Of a stretch of 20,000 nt of DNA, positions 1 through 7,492 are shown one piece after another. Position numbers and translations under genes: made by a program. Origin of the DNA: Actinomycetales bacterium (GTDB lineage Bacteria; Actinomycetota; Actinomycetes; Actinomycetales; CAVURS01); assembly GCA_045807245.1 (NCBI GenBank), contig JBJMHS010000027.1, forward strand, positions 107,356 through 127,355, given 5' to 3'. The notes under the pieces are model-generated. The model ran no database searches. It saw only the letters and a list, made by a program, of their open reading frames with translations, and had not been told where the DNA came from. The first letter of the stretch is position 1; every line of letters starts with the position of its first letter.

Positions 1-939
1 TACCGCTGGGCGCTGGCCCTCGGGCTGACTCTGCTGGGTGCGCCGACCGTGGCGCTGACCGTGTTCGACAGCCCGGGGTCGATCGTGGCGGTCAGCGTGG
101 TCCGCGGCGCGGGCTTCGCGATCAGTGTCGTGGCCGGCGGTGCCGTGACCGCCACGCTGATCCCGGCGTCGCGCCGCGGTGAGGGCCTCGCGCTGGTCGG
201 TCTGGTGGGCGGCGTACCCGGTCTGATCGCGCTGCCGGCCGGCGTCTGGGCCGCCCAGCGGTGGGGGTTCTCCGCGGTGTTCGTCGCGACGACCGTGGCC
301 ACCCTGGTGACGCTCCTGTCGGTGCCCGGTCTGCCCCGGCGTACGGCGTCCGGCGAGTCCGGCTCGGAGGACGCGCACGGTGTGCTGGCCGGGCTGCGCA
401 ACCCCGTCCTGACCCGGCCCGCGGCGATCTTCGCGGCGTCGACGGTTGCGGCCGGCGTACTCGTCACGTTCCTGCCCCTCGCCTGCTCCGGACAGCCGAC
501 CTGGGTCGTCGCGGGCGCCCTGCTCGCGCAGCCCGCCGCGTCGACCCTGTCGCGCTGGTTCGCCGGCCGCGTGTGCGACACCCACGGCCCGGCCCGGCTG
601 CTGGTCCCCGGCCTCCTGCTGTCCGCCGCCGGCATGGCCCTGCTCGCCGTGACCGGTGAGCCGGCGCTGGTGATCGGCGGCGCGCTGGTGTTCGGCGTCG
701 GGTTCGGCCTGCTGCAGAATGCGACGCTGACCCTGATGTACGCGCGAGTCCCGGCCGGTGGCGAAGGTGCCGTGAGCGCGATCTGGAACGCGGCGTACGA
801 CCTCGGTATGGCGGCCGGCGCCCTGGGTGCCGGGCTGGTCGTCGCGTCGGTCGGTTACTCCGTGACCTTCGTGCTGACCACCGTCGTGGTGCTGCCGGCG
901 CTGGTGCTGGTCCGCCGTGACCGCCGCCCGGTGCTTTAG
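1..939 (+). CDS. MFS transporter (5' end outside window)
   Basis: Frame is open from base 1 to TAG at 937-939. Many hydrophobic helices, with MFS loop motifs (LIPASRRGEGLAL; FAGRVCDTHGPAR resembling motif A). Confidence 0.85.
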   Translation, partial: YRWALALGLTLLGAPTVALTVFDSPGSIVAVSVVRGAGFAISVVAGGAVTATLIPASRRGEGLALVGLVGGVPGLIALPAGVWAAQRWGFSAVFVATTVATLVTLLSVPGLPRRTASGESGSEDAHGVLAGLRNPVLTRPAAIFAASTVAAGVLVTFLPLACSGQPTWVVAGALLAQPAASTLSRWFAGRVCDTHGPARLLVPGLLLSAAGMALLAVTGEPALVIGGALVFGVGFGLLQNATLTLMYARVPAGGEGAVSAIWNAAYDLGMAAGALGAGLVVASVGYSVTFVLTTVVVLPALVLVRRDRRPVL

Positions 940-958
940 GTCGGCGAACCGGTCCGCG

Positions 959-1474
959 TCAGGCGAGGCGGAAGAGCAGGTCGGTGACCCAGTCCTTGGG
1001 GTCGGGCGTCTCGAGCGGGTTGGTCGTATAGATCTCGAGTCGCGCACCCCAGGCCTGGGCGCCGTCGCGCTCGTCCATGTCCCAACGCACGCGGTTGTGC
1101 TCGCCCCACTCGAGCAGCCGCTGGGTCGTGTCCTTGAGCCGGTCGTAGTGACCGTGGTGCGTCACCGTCGCGAACCGCCCGCCGCGCAGGATCGAGAACG
1201 CGACGGCGTCGGCGCCCTCCGAAACGTCGGAGACGGGTACGCCGGCCTCCATCTCCAAGGCCTGGCCGGGGCCGAGCACGTCGTACTTCAGGAACGGCGC
1301 CCCGGCCGGTTTGATCCCACGTTCGGTGAGGTGGTCGACGATCTCGCGCATCCGGTCCACGACCTCCGGGATCCGTGACCTGGTCACCTGGGCCCGGATC
1401 GCGGCGTACGGCTGGTCGGTCAACTCGACGATGCGCGGGCCGCTGTGGTCGGGCGTCGGCGCCTGGTGGCTCAT
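959..1474 (-). CDS. GyrI-like small-molecule-binding domain protein
   Basis: 171 aa with GyrI-like pattern: PYAAIRAQVT, PAGAPFLKY, EAGVPV, GGRFATVTHHGHYDRL, LEIYTTNP. Confidence 0.8.
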   Translation of the reverse strand: MSHQAPTPDHSGPRIVELTDQPYAAIRAQVTRSRIPEVVDRMREIVDHLTERGIKPAGAPFLKYDVLGPGQALEMEAGVPVSDVSEGADAVAFSILRGGRFATVTHHGHYDRLKDTTQRLLEWGEHNRVRWDMDERDGAQAWGARLEIYTTNPLETPDPKDWVTDLLFRLA

Positions 1475-1499
1475 GGGCTGGCCTGAGTCGAGGGTTGAG

Positions 1500-1817
1500 T
1501 CAGTGCGTGTGGGCGTGATCGTGTGAGTGCTGGGCCTGCTCGTGGGAATGGACCGAAGCCGGCGCGGCGCGTCGAGCGGCGATCCGGCGCAACGGCGGCT
1601 CGGTCGGCGGAGGGGTACGGCGGTCGGGCAGGTCGGCGATGAGCTGCGTCGTGACTGCGGCGATCTGGGTGACCGCCTTGTTGACGGCGGCCTCGGTCAC
1701 AGGGGAAACCGAGCTCAGCCCGCCGACCTTGCGCACGTACTGCAGCGCGGCCGCCCGGATCTCCTCAGGCGTGGCCTCGGGCTCGAGCCCGCGCAGGGCG
1801 GTGATGTTTCGGCACAT
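1500..1817 (-). CDS. DUF2277-like small protein with His-rich C-terminal tail
   Basis: MCRNIxxLRGLEPxATxxEIxAAALQYVRKV N-terminus typical of DUF2277. TAGGGT -10-like hexamer lies 6 nt upstream of the ATG. Confidence 0.8.
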   Translation of the reverse strand: MCRNITALRGLEPEATPEEIRAAALQYVRKVGGLSSVSPVTEAAVNKAVTQIAAVTTQLIADLPDRRTPPPTEPPLRRIAARRAAPASVHSHEQAQHSHDHAHTH

Positions 1818-1850
1818 GTGCCGACCCTACGTCGTACCGGCCCCAACAGC

Positions 1851-1936
1851 CGGTGCTCCCCAGCGCCCGGTTCCGGACCGCTGTCTGGGCGTGAATCACC
1901 GGGCTGCGGGGAGCACCGCGCGGGGTGGGGAGCACC
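1851..1936. repeat. Intergenic imperfect palindrome (REP-like or terminator hairpin) with a duplicated arm
   Basis: CGGTGCTCCCC (1851-1861) pairs with GGGGAGCACCG (1908-1918). Inner GCCCGGT (1865-1871) pairs with ACCGGGC (1898-1904). An extra GGGGAGCACC copy lies at 1927-1936. Confidence 0.6.
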
Positions 1937-1944
1937 CGGGCGGG

Positions 1945-2697
1945 TCAGGCCTCGCCGTCGGTGGTCTTCGGCGCGGTCTTGCGGGCCCGGGGGGTCGTGC
2001 TCTTCGTCGCTCCGCCGGCCGCAGCGCCGTCGCCAACGTCTGACTCCGAGACCGCGGCCTCCTGCAGGGCGGCCTCGGCCGCGACGTCTGCGGCGTCCTC
2101 GGCCTTGGCGCTCGTGTCGGATCCCAGCCCGGCCGACGAAGCGGGTGTCACCGCGGGTGTCGCCGGAGCCCACGAGGTCGCGCCCGCCGGCGTCGCCCAG
2201 GGGTCCTCCTTCTTGCCGCGCATGGCCTTGACGGCAGCGACCGCGCCGGCGGTGGCGCCGCCGAGCAGCAGGACCTTGCGAACCCGGTGCTTCTTCTTCG
2301 GCTTGGCCACGGCCTCGCCCTTGATGACGGCGACCGCGTCCGAGCCACGGGTCGTCGCTTCTTGGCGCACGGCGGACGCCTGGGTCGTCGCCGCGGTGAT
2401 CGCCTCGACCAGCTTCGGCAGCACCTCGTCGACGAGCTTGTCGCGGGCGGCGTCGATCTTCGGCGACACCGTGTCGACGGCATGCTCAACGCGCGGGGCC
2501 GCGGCGTCGATCCCCTTCTGCGCTCGTGGCGCGGCCCACTCCCGAGCGGCGTGCACCTTCGGCCCGGCCCACTCGCGGGTGGTCTCCGCCGCGTGGCTCA
2601 CCGCCGGCACGACCTTGTCGACCACGACATCCTTCACCGGGGTCGTCGTACTCGTTGCCTGGTCGACGATCTTGTCCTTGCGCGACTTCCGCAACAT
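1945..2697 (-). CDS. Hypothetical Ala-rich protein with one hydrophobic segment, divergent from ppiA (DUF5324-like; same position as mycobacterial cwsA)
   Basis: ATG at 2697 is preceded by a GGGAG RBS. Amphipathic repeats (REWAGPKV/REWAAPRA), a basic KPKKKHR patch, hydrophobic VLLLGGATAGAVAAV and a DPW motif. Family assignment is from recall and position only. Confidence 0.7.
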   Translation of the reverse strand: MLRKSRKDKIVDQATSTTTPVKDVVVDKVVPAVSHAAETTREWAGPKVHAAREWAAPRAQKGIDAAAPRVEHAVDTVSPKIDAARDKLVDEVLPKLVEAITAATTQASAVRQEATTRGSDAVAVIKGEAVAKPKKKHRVRKVLLLGGATAGAVAAVKAMRGKKEDPWATPAGATSWAPATPAVTPASSAGLGSDTSAKAEDAADVAAEAALQEAAVSESDVGDGAAAGGATKSTTPRARKTAPKTTDGEA

Positions 2698-2799
2698 GAG
2701 CACTCCCCAAGTCTCGCGGCCGATTCTTGCCCTTCGCCCCATCCTGCCGCAGGCCGCCGCGTCCGCCCACCCGAGGTCCAGCATGCGAGGATTGCCAGC

Positions 2800-3291
2800 A
2801 TGAAGGCAACGCTCAAGACCAACCACGGCGACATCAACGTCACGCTCTTCGCGGACCACGCACCCAAGACTGTGCGCAACTTCACCGAGCTGGCGGACGG
2901 CACCAAGACGGGCGACCGGTTCTACGACGGCGTGATCTTCCACCGGATCATCCCGGGGTTCATGATCCAGGGCGGTGACCCCGACGGCACGGGGACGGGC
3001 GGCCCGGGCTACACCTTCGACGACGAGATCCATCCGGAGCTGGCCTTCACCAAGCCGTACCTACTCGCCATGGCCAACGCCGGCAAGCGCGGCGGCCGCG
3101 GCACGAACGGCTCGCAGTTCTTCATCACGGTCGCGCCGACGACCTGGCTGCAGGGCAAGCACACGATCTTCGGCGAGGTCGCGGACCAGCCCAGCCGCGA
3201 CGTCGTCGACAAGATCGTCGGCGTCCCCACCGCCGCCCAGGACCGTCCGGTCGAGGATGTCGTCATCGAGTCCGTCGTCATCGGGGAATGA
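2800..3291 (+). CDS. ppiA: Cyclophilin-type peptidyl-prolyl cis-trans isomerase
   Basis: FHRIIPGFMIQGGDP, LAMANAG, TNGSQFFIT and WLQGKHTIFGEV motifs. ATG at 2800; TGA overlaps the next ATG (ATGA). Confidence 0.95.
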   Translation: MKATLKTNHGDINVTLFADHAPKTVRNFTELADGTKTGDRFYDGVIFHRIIPGFMIQGGDPDGTGTGGPGYTFDDEIHPELAFTKPYLLAMANAGKRGGRGTNGSQFFITVAPTTWLQGKHTIFGEVADQPSRDVVDKIVGVPTAAQDRPVEDVVIESVVIGE

Positions 3292-4202
3292 CGCAGCCTT
3301 CGCCGCCACCGCCTCCGACGGCGGCGGAACCGGTCTGCCCGCGTCACCCGGACCGGGTCTCCTACGTGCGCTGCCAGCGCTGCGAGCGCCCGGTGTGCCC
3401 GGAGTGTCAGCGGCCCGCGGCGGTCGGTGTGCAGTGTGTGGACTGCGTCCGTGAGGCGGCCCGGGAGACCCGTACGCCGCGCACGCTGTTCGGCGGGCAG
3501 GTCACCGACGGGCGGCCCCTGGTCACGTACGGGCTGATCATCAGCTGCGTCGTCATCTGGCTGCTCCAGCGCGCGGACCCGACGATCACCGACCGCCTGG
3601 AGTTCGCGCCGTACTCGGCGTTCGACCGCCCCTGGACGTTCCTGACCGCCGCGTTCCTGCACTCCCCCGGCAACGTGCTGCACATCGCGTCCAACATGTA
3701 TGCGCTCTACATCTGCGGGCAGTACCTCGAGCCGTTGCTCGGACGGGTCCGGTTCGCGGCGCTCTATCTCGTCTCGGCGTTCGGCGGCTCGGTCGGCTAC
3801 TACGTGCTGGCGCACCCGGAGCTGCCCGAACCGCACCAGCAGGCCTGGTGGACCGGCACCGTCGGGGCGTCCGGCGCGGTGTTCGGGCTGTTCGCGTCGC
3901 TGATCGTGTTCAACCGCAAGATGGGGCTGCAGACGGCGGGGATCTTCGCACTGATCGGGATCAACGCGGTGCTGGGTTTCGTGGTGCCGAACATCGCCTG
4001 GCAGGCCCACCTGGGCGGGTTGCTCACCGGTGCCGCCGCGGCCTGCGTGCTCGTGTTCGCCCCGAAGCAGCGGCGCGACGTCGTGCAGTGGGGCGGCCTG
4101 GCGGCGCTCGTCGCCCTGCTCGTGGTGCTCGCCTCGCTCAAGTACGGGACCGTCCCGACCGATGTACGTGAACAGGCGACCCTCCTTCTGCGACTGAGCT
4201 GA
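3288..4202 (+). CDS. Rhomboid family intramembrane serine protease with N-terminal Cys/His (B-box-like) zinc finger
   Basis: PWTFLTAAFLH, HIASNM, catalytic GASG and AHLGG motifs. N-terminal CxxH...CxxC...CxxC...CxxC. Confidence 0.93.
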   Translation: MTQPSPPPPPTAAEPVCPRHPDRVSYVRCQRCERPVCPECQRPAAVGVQCVDCVREAARETRTPRTLFGGQVTDGRPLVTYGLIISCVVIWLLQRADPTITDRLEFAPYSAFDRPWTFLTAAFLHSPGNVLHIASNMYALYICGQYLEPLLGRVRFAALYLVSAFGGSVGYYVLAHPELPEPHQQAWWTGTVGASGAVFGLFASLIVFNRKMGLQTAGIFALIGINAVLGFVVPNIAWQAHLGGLLTGAAAACVLVFAPKQRRDVVQWGGLAALVALLVVLASLKYGTVPTDVREQATLLLRLS

Positions 4203-4214
4203 AGCAGGGTCGCC
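4175..4214. terminator. Hairpin spanning the rhomboid stop codon, possible terminator between convergent genes
   Basis: GGCGACCCTcCTTC (4175-4188) pairs with GAAGcAGGGTCGCC (4201-4214) with one mismatch. No U-tract. Confidence 0.45.
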
Positions 4215-4244
4215 GATCCATGTCCGGAATCACAGGCGTGTAAC

Positions 4245-4277
4245 TCATCCCCAGGACGTGGATAACTCTGGGGATAA
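4245..4277. promoter_or_regulatory. Cluster of three DnaA-box-like sites
   Basis: TCATCCCCA (+, 4245-4253), TTATCCACG (-, 4257-4265) and TTATCCCCA (-, 4269-4277). Each differs from TTATCCACA at 1-2 positions, and they are spaced by exactly 3 bp. Confidence 0.7.
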
Positions 4278-4314
4278 CGCTCGTCGACGCGGCCTCAGCC
4301 TGCCGGCCGCAAAG

Positions 4315-5487
4315 TCAGTCCCGGAGCAGGCCGAAGCGGGCCTTGGCCGTCAACACGCGCAGAGCGGCGGCGCGGACCTTGGCCCCGAAGGCCTCGTCAG
4401 TCCGGGCCCGAGCCAGCACCGCGTCGTACATCGGGGCCACCGTCCGCGGGTCGACGGTCAGCACGATGTCGCCACCGGCTTCGACGAAGCGCACCGCTCG
4501 CTCTCCCGGCGGCCAGGCCTGCACCTGCCGGGCCGCGCCCAGGTCGTCGGAGATGACGACACCGTCGAAGCCGAGGTCGCCACGCAGCAGCTCGGTCACG
4601 ACGGCTCGAGAGAACGCCGCCGGCCGGTCGGGGTCGATCCGGGCGTAGGTCGCCGTGGAGACCATGACGAGGGGTACGCCGGCCCGCACCGCGGCGCGGA
4701 ACGGCTCCAAGCCCTCGGAGTCGCGGCCGATCCGGGTGTCCACCACCCGCGAGGACGTGTCCGTGTTGGCGCGGACGTAGCCCAGGCCGGGGAAGTGCTT
4801 GACCGCGCTCGCGACGTGACCCGACGTCATGCCGTCGACGAAGGCTAGGACGTGCGAGGCCACGACGTCGGTCGTGTAACCGAACTCGCGGTCATAGGCG
4901 CCGATCGGCGGGTTGGCCCGGGCCGCGGCCGCACCGGGGACCGTGTCCGCAACGGGCGCCAGGTCGAGGTTCAGCCCGGCGGTGCGCAGCTCGCGGGCCC
5001 AAGCGCCGGCCCTTGACCGGAGCCCGGCCTCCGACCACGAGCCCTGCACCTTGGCCGACGGCAGGTCCGAGAACCCCCGGCCCTGCAGGACCTGGACCGC
5101 GCCGCCCTCCTGGTCGGTCGCCACGAAGGGCAGGACCACGCCGGACCTGGTCGTGGCCAGGGCCCGCACCGAGCGCGACCGGCGGGCGACGTCGGCATGC
5201 GAGGCCCGGGACCGGCCGGTCAGCATCACGTTGCCGACCCGCCGCGAGCCCCCGGGCCGGACGGCCGCCAGCGAGCCGCGGTCAGCGCCGACCCCGGCCA
5301 TGAACAGCTGGCCGACCTGCTCCGCGAGCGACAGCCGGTCGAGTACGGCGCGGGCCCGCTCGGCCGGGGACGGCACCGTGGGCGTGGGCGAAGGGGTGGT
5401 CGTCGCGGACGAGGTGGCCGGCAGGGACGGCGTGGAGGGTGACGGAGTCGACCGGTCGGAGGCGCCCGAACATCCGGCCAGCGTCAA
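4315..5487 (-). CDS. Glycoside hydrolase family 3 (NagZ-like beta-N-acetylhexosaminidase), probable lipoprotein; true start uncertain, frame stays open to 5550
   Basis: LSLAEQVGQLFM, ATDQEGGAVQ, LAPVAD, KHFPGLG and LGFDGVVISDDL motifs. Lipobox LAGC followed by a Ser/Thr/Pro linker. Confidence 0.88.
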   Translation of the reverse strand: MTLAGCSGASDRSTPSPSTPSLPATSSATTTPSPTPTVPSPAERARAVLDRLSLAEQVGQLFMAGVGADRGSLAAVRPGGSRRVGNVMLTGRSRASHADVARRSRSVRALATTRSGVVLPFVATDQEGGAVQVLQGRGFSDLPSAKVQGSWSEAGLRSRAGAWARELRTAGLNLDLAPVADTVPGAAAARANPPIGAYDREFGYTTDVVASHVLAFVDGMTSGHVASAVKHFPGLGYVRANTDTSSRVVDTRIGRDSEGLEPFRAAVRAGVPLVMVSTATYARIDPDRPAAFSRAVVTELLRGDLGFDGVVISDDLGAARQVQAWPPGERAVRFVEAGGDIVLTVDPRTVAPMYDAVLARARTDEAFGAKVRAAALRVLTAKARFGLLRD

Positions 5488-5550
5488 CGAGGCGACGAGG
5501 GCGGCGCTGCCGAGCAGGGCGCGGCTGGCGATGGTGGGCCGGGCGCGGGC

Positions 5551-5811
5551 TCAGCGCCAGCGGGTCGACATGAAGAAGCCGACGCAGATGATGCCGAAGC
5601 CGATGCCGAGGTTCCAGTACTGGCTGGTGGTGTCCCCCAGCGGGATCGGGTACTTCGAGCTGGAGACGTAGAACGTCACGATCCATGCGAGCCCGATCAC
5701 ATACGCGGCAACCATGGTCCACAGGAAGACCGGACCGCTCGGCCCCTTCTTCTTGGCCGCCTTGGGCGGCGGCGTGTATTCAGCCTTCTTGCGGCTCCGG
5801 GACTCAGGCAC
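5551..5811 (-). CDS. crgA: Cell division protein CrgA
   Basis: (M)PESRSRKK N-terminus, two TM helices, GLAWIVTFY, WNLGIGFG and C-terminal MSTRWR. Divergent from the DUF881 gene, as is typical. GTG at 5811. Confidence 0.92.
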   Translation of the reverse strand: MPESRSRKKAEYTPPPKAAKKKGPSGPVFLWTMVAAYVIGLAWIVTFYVSSSKYPIPLGDTTSQYWNLGIGFGIICVGFFMSTRWR

Positions 5812-5816
5812 TGGCT

Positions 5817-5823
5817 TAGCGTA
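5817..5823. promoter_or_regulatory. Overlapping divergent -10 hexamers for crgA (TACGCT, leaderless) and the DUF881 operon (TAGCGT)
   Basis: TAGCGTA reads TANNNT on both strands. The minus-strand hexamer ends 6 nt before the crgA GTG. Confidence 0.55.
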
Positions 5824-5848
5824 GTGGCTGGATATGTGGGGAGATGAC

Positions 5849-6631
5849 GTGCTGCGCCAGATCTGGGCCCGGTCCTGGAGCCGGGTGAGCGACCTCGCGC
5901 GGGCGACCCGGCGCCCGCACGGTTGGGGCCTGCTCGTGCCGGTCTCCTTCGCCCTCGCGGGGGTCCTGTTCGCGACCTCGGCGGAGATCTCCCAGGGCAC
6001 CGACCTGCGGGCTTCGGGCAACCAGAGCCTGCCGGACCTGATCCGGGCGGAGCAACGGCGCCTCGAGGCGTCGACCGCCCGGGTCGAGGCCCTGCGCCGC
6101 TCGGTGGAGGCGCTGACCGCGCCGGTGGCCGCGGGCGACCAGCGGGTGGCCAGACTGACCAGCCAGGCCGACAAGCTGGCCCAGGACGCCGGCACCCGGG
6201 CGGTCCGCGGTCCGGGTCTGAAGGTCCGGCTGGATGACGCGCACCTGCAGTCGATCCCCGCCGGCTTCACCGGCGACGATCTCGTCGTACACCAACAGGA
6301 CGTGCAGGCTGTCGTAAACGCCCTGTGGGCGGGCGGCGCAGAGGCCATGATGGTGCAGGACCAACGGGTGATCTCGACCAGCGCCGTCCGGTGCGTCGGC
6401 AACACGTTGATCCTTCAGGGGCGGGTGTACTCACCGCCGTACACGATCGCGGCGATCGGAGACATCTCGGCCATGCGCTCAGCGTTGGACAGCTCACCTG
6501 ACGTGACGATCTACCGGCAGTACGTCGACGCCCTGGGGCTCGGTTACGACGTCACGCAGCACACCAAGCTCACGATGCCCGCGTACGCCGGCAGCCTCGA
6601 CCTCGTGCACGCCCGGGCCGGTGACTCGTGA
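5849..6631 (+). CDS. DUF881 domain-containing membrane protein
   Basis: N-terminal TM helix, coiled coil, then GPGLKVRLDDA, LVVHQQD, VVNALWAGGAEAM, VRCVGNT and YSPPYTIAAIG. GGGGAG RBS before GTG 5849 (alternative ATG 5834). Confidence 0.9.
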   Translation: MLRQIWARSWSRVSDLARATRRPHGWGLLVPVSFALAGVLFATSAEISQGTDLRASGNQSLPDLIRAEQRRLEASTARVEALRRSVEALTAPVAAGDQRVARLTSQADKLAQDAGTRAVRGPGLKVRLDDAHLQSIPAGFTGDDLVVHQQDVQAVVNALWAGGAEAMMVQDQRVISTSAVRCVGNTLILQGRVYSPPYTIAAIGDISAMRSALDSSPDVTIYRQYVDALGLGYDVTQHTKLTMPAYAGSLDLVHARAGDS

Positions 6632-7326
6632 GCGCCCTGCGCGCCGGCGCCCGCGGCCTGGGCGAGCTGCTGATCACGCTCGGCGTCGTCCTGCTGCTGT
6701 TCGTCGGGTGGCAGCTTTACTGGACCGACTTCACGGCCGAGCGGGCGCAGGCGTCGACGAACAACAGCCTGCAGGACGAGTGGAGGGCCCATCCCGACAC
6801 GGCCCCGGGCGCGCTGGTCAACGGCAAGGTCAAGTCGGTGCCGACGGGTGATGCGTTCGCGCTCATCCGGATCCCGCGGTTCGGCAAGAACTACGTGAAA
6901 CCGATCTACCAGGGGACGGCGCTGTCGATCCTGGACAAGGGCGTGGGCCACTACCCCGGTACGGCGATGCCGGGCGAGCTCGGCAACTTCGCGGTCGCGG
7001 GGCACCGGGTGACGTACGGCAAGCCGTTCAACGAGATCGCGACGATCAGGCCGGGCGACGCCATCGTCGTCGAGACCTCGAACACGTGGTACGTCTACCG
7101 GGCCGTGCGGCACGTGATCGTCACGCCGAACCACGTCGAGGTCGTCGCGCCGGTCCCCCAGCACCCCGGGCAGAAACCGACGTCGTCGTGGATGACCATG
7201 ACGGCCTGCCACCCGGAGTTCAGCGCGCGCGAGCGGTACGTCGAGTTCTCCGAGCTCGAGCAGGTGCTGCCCAAACGCAACGGCGAGGTCCCGGCGGCGC
7301 TCGCCGGTGTCCGGATCAAGAGCTGA
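6628..7326 (+). CDS. Class E sortase
   Basis: N-terminal anchor GELLITLG, GHYPGT, catalytic His in AGHRVTYG, TMTACHP (TLxTC variant) and a downstream Arg. GTGA overlap with DUF881. Confidence 0.92.
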   Translation: MSALRAGARGLGELLITLGVVLLLFVGWQLYWTDFTAERAQASTNNSLQDEWRAHPDTAPGALVNGKVKSVPTGDAFALIRIPRFGKNYVKPIYQGTALSILDKGVGHYPGTAMPGELGNFAVAGHRVTYGKPFNEIATIRPGDAIVVETSNTWYVYRAVRHVIVTPNHVEVVAPVPQHPGQKPTSSWMTMTACHPEFSARERYVEFSELEQVLPKRNGEVPAALAGVRIKS

Positions 7327-7333
7327 GGCGCTG

Positions 7334-7492
7334 ATGTACGGGTTCCTCTGGCGGCACCTGCCGGGTCCGGTCGTCGTACGGATCCTGCTGGCCCTGGTGC
7401 TGGTGCTGGCCGTCGTCGCCGTACTGTTTGTGTGGGTGTTCCCGGCGGTCGCGCCGCACATGCCCTTCAACAACGGGACGGTGGACCACTGA
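7334..7492 (+). CDS. Small (52 aa) single-pass membrane protein
   Basis: GAGG RBS then ATG 7334; MYGFLWRHLPGP plus a hydrophobic helix. Its stop overlaps the trpG start (TGATG). Confidence 0.8.
   Translation: MYGFLWRHLPGPVVVRILLALVLVLAVVAVLFVWVFPAVAPHMPFNNGTVDH

Noticed and set aside
4203..4314. DnaA-box region as oriC
   Set aside because: Only three boxes, no extended AT-rich unwinding element, and no dnaA/dnaN neighbours.
5490..5553. Selenocysteine recoding of the crgA UGA
   Set aside because: No convincing SECIS-like hairpin follows the UGA, the position is the normal CrgA C-terminus, and there is no redox motif context.
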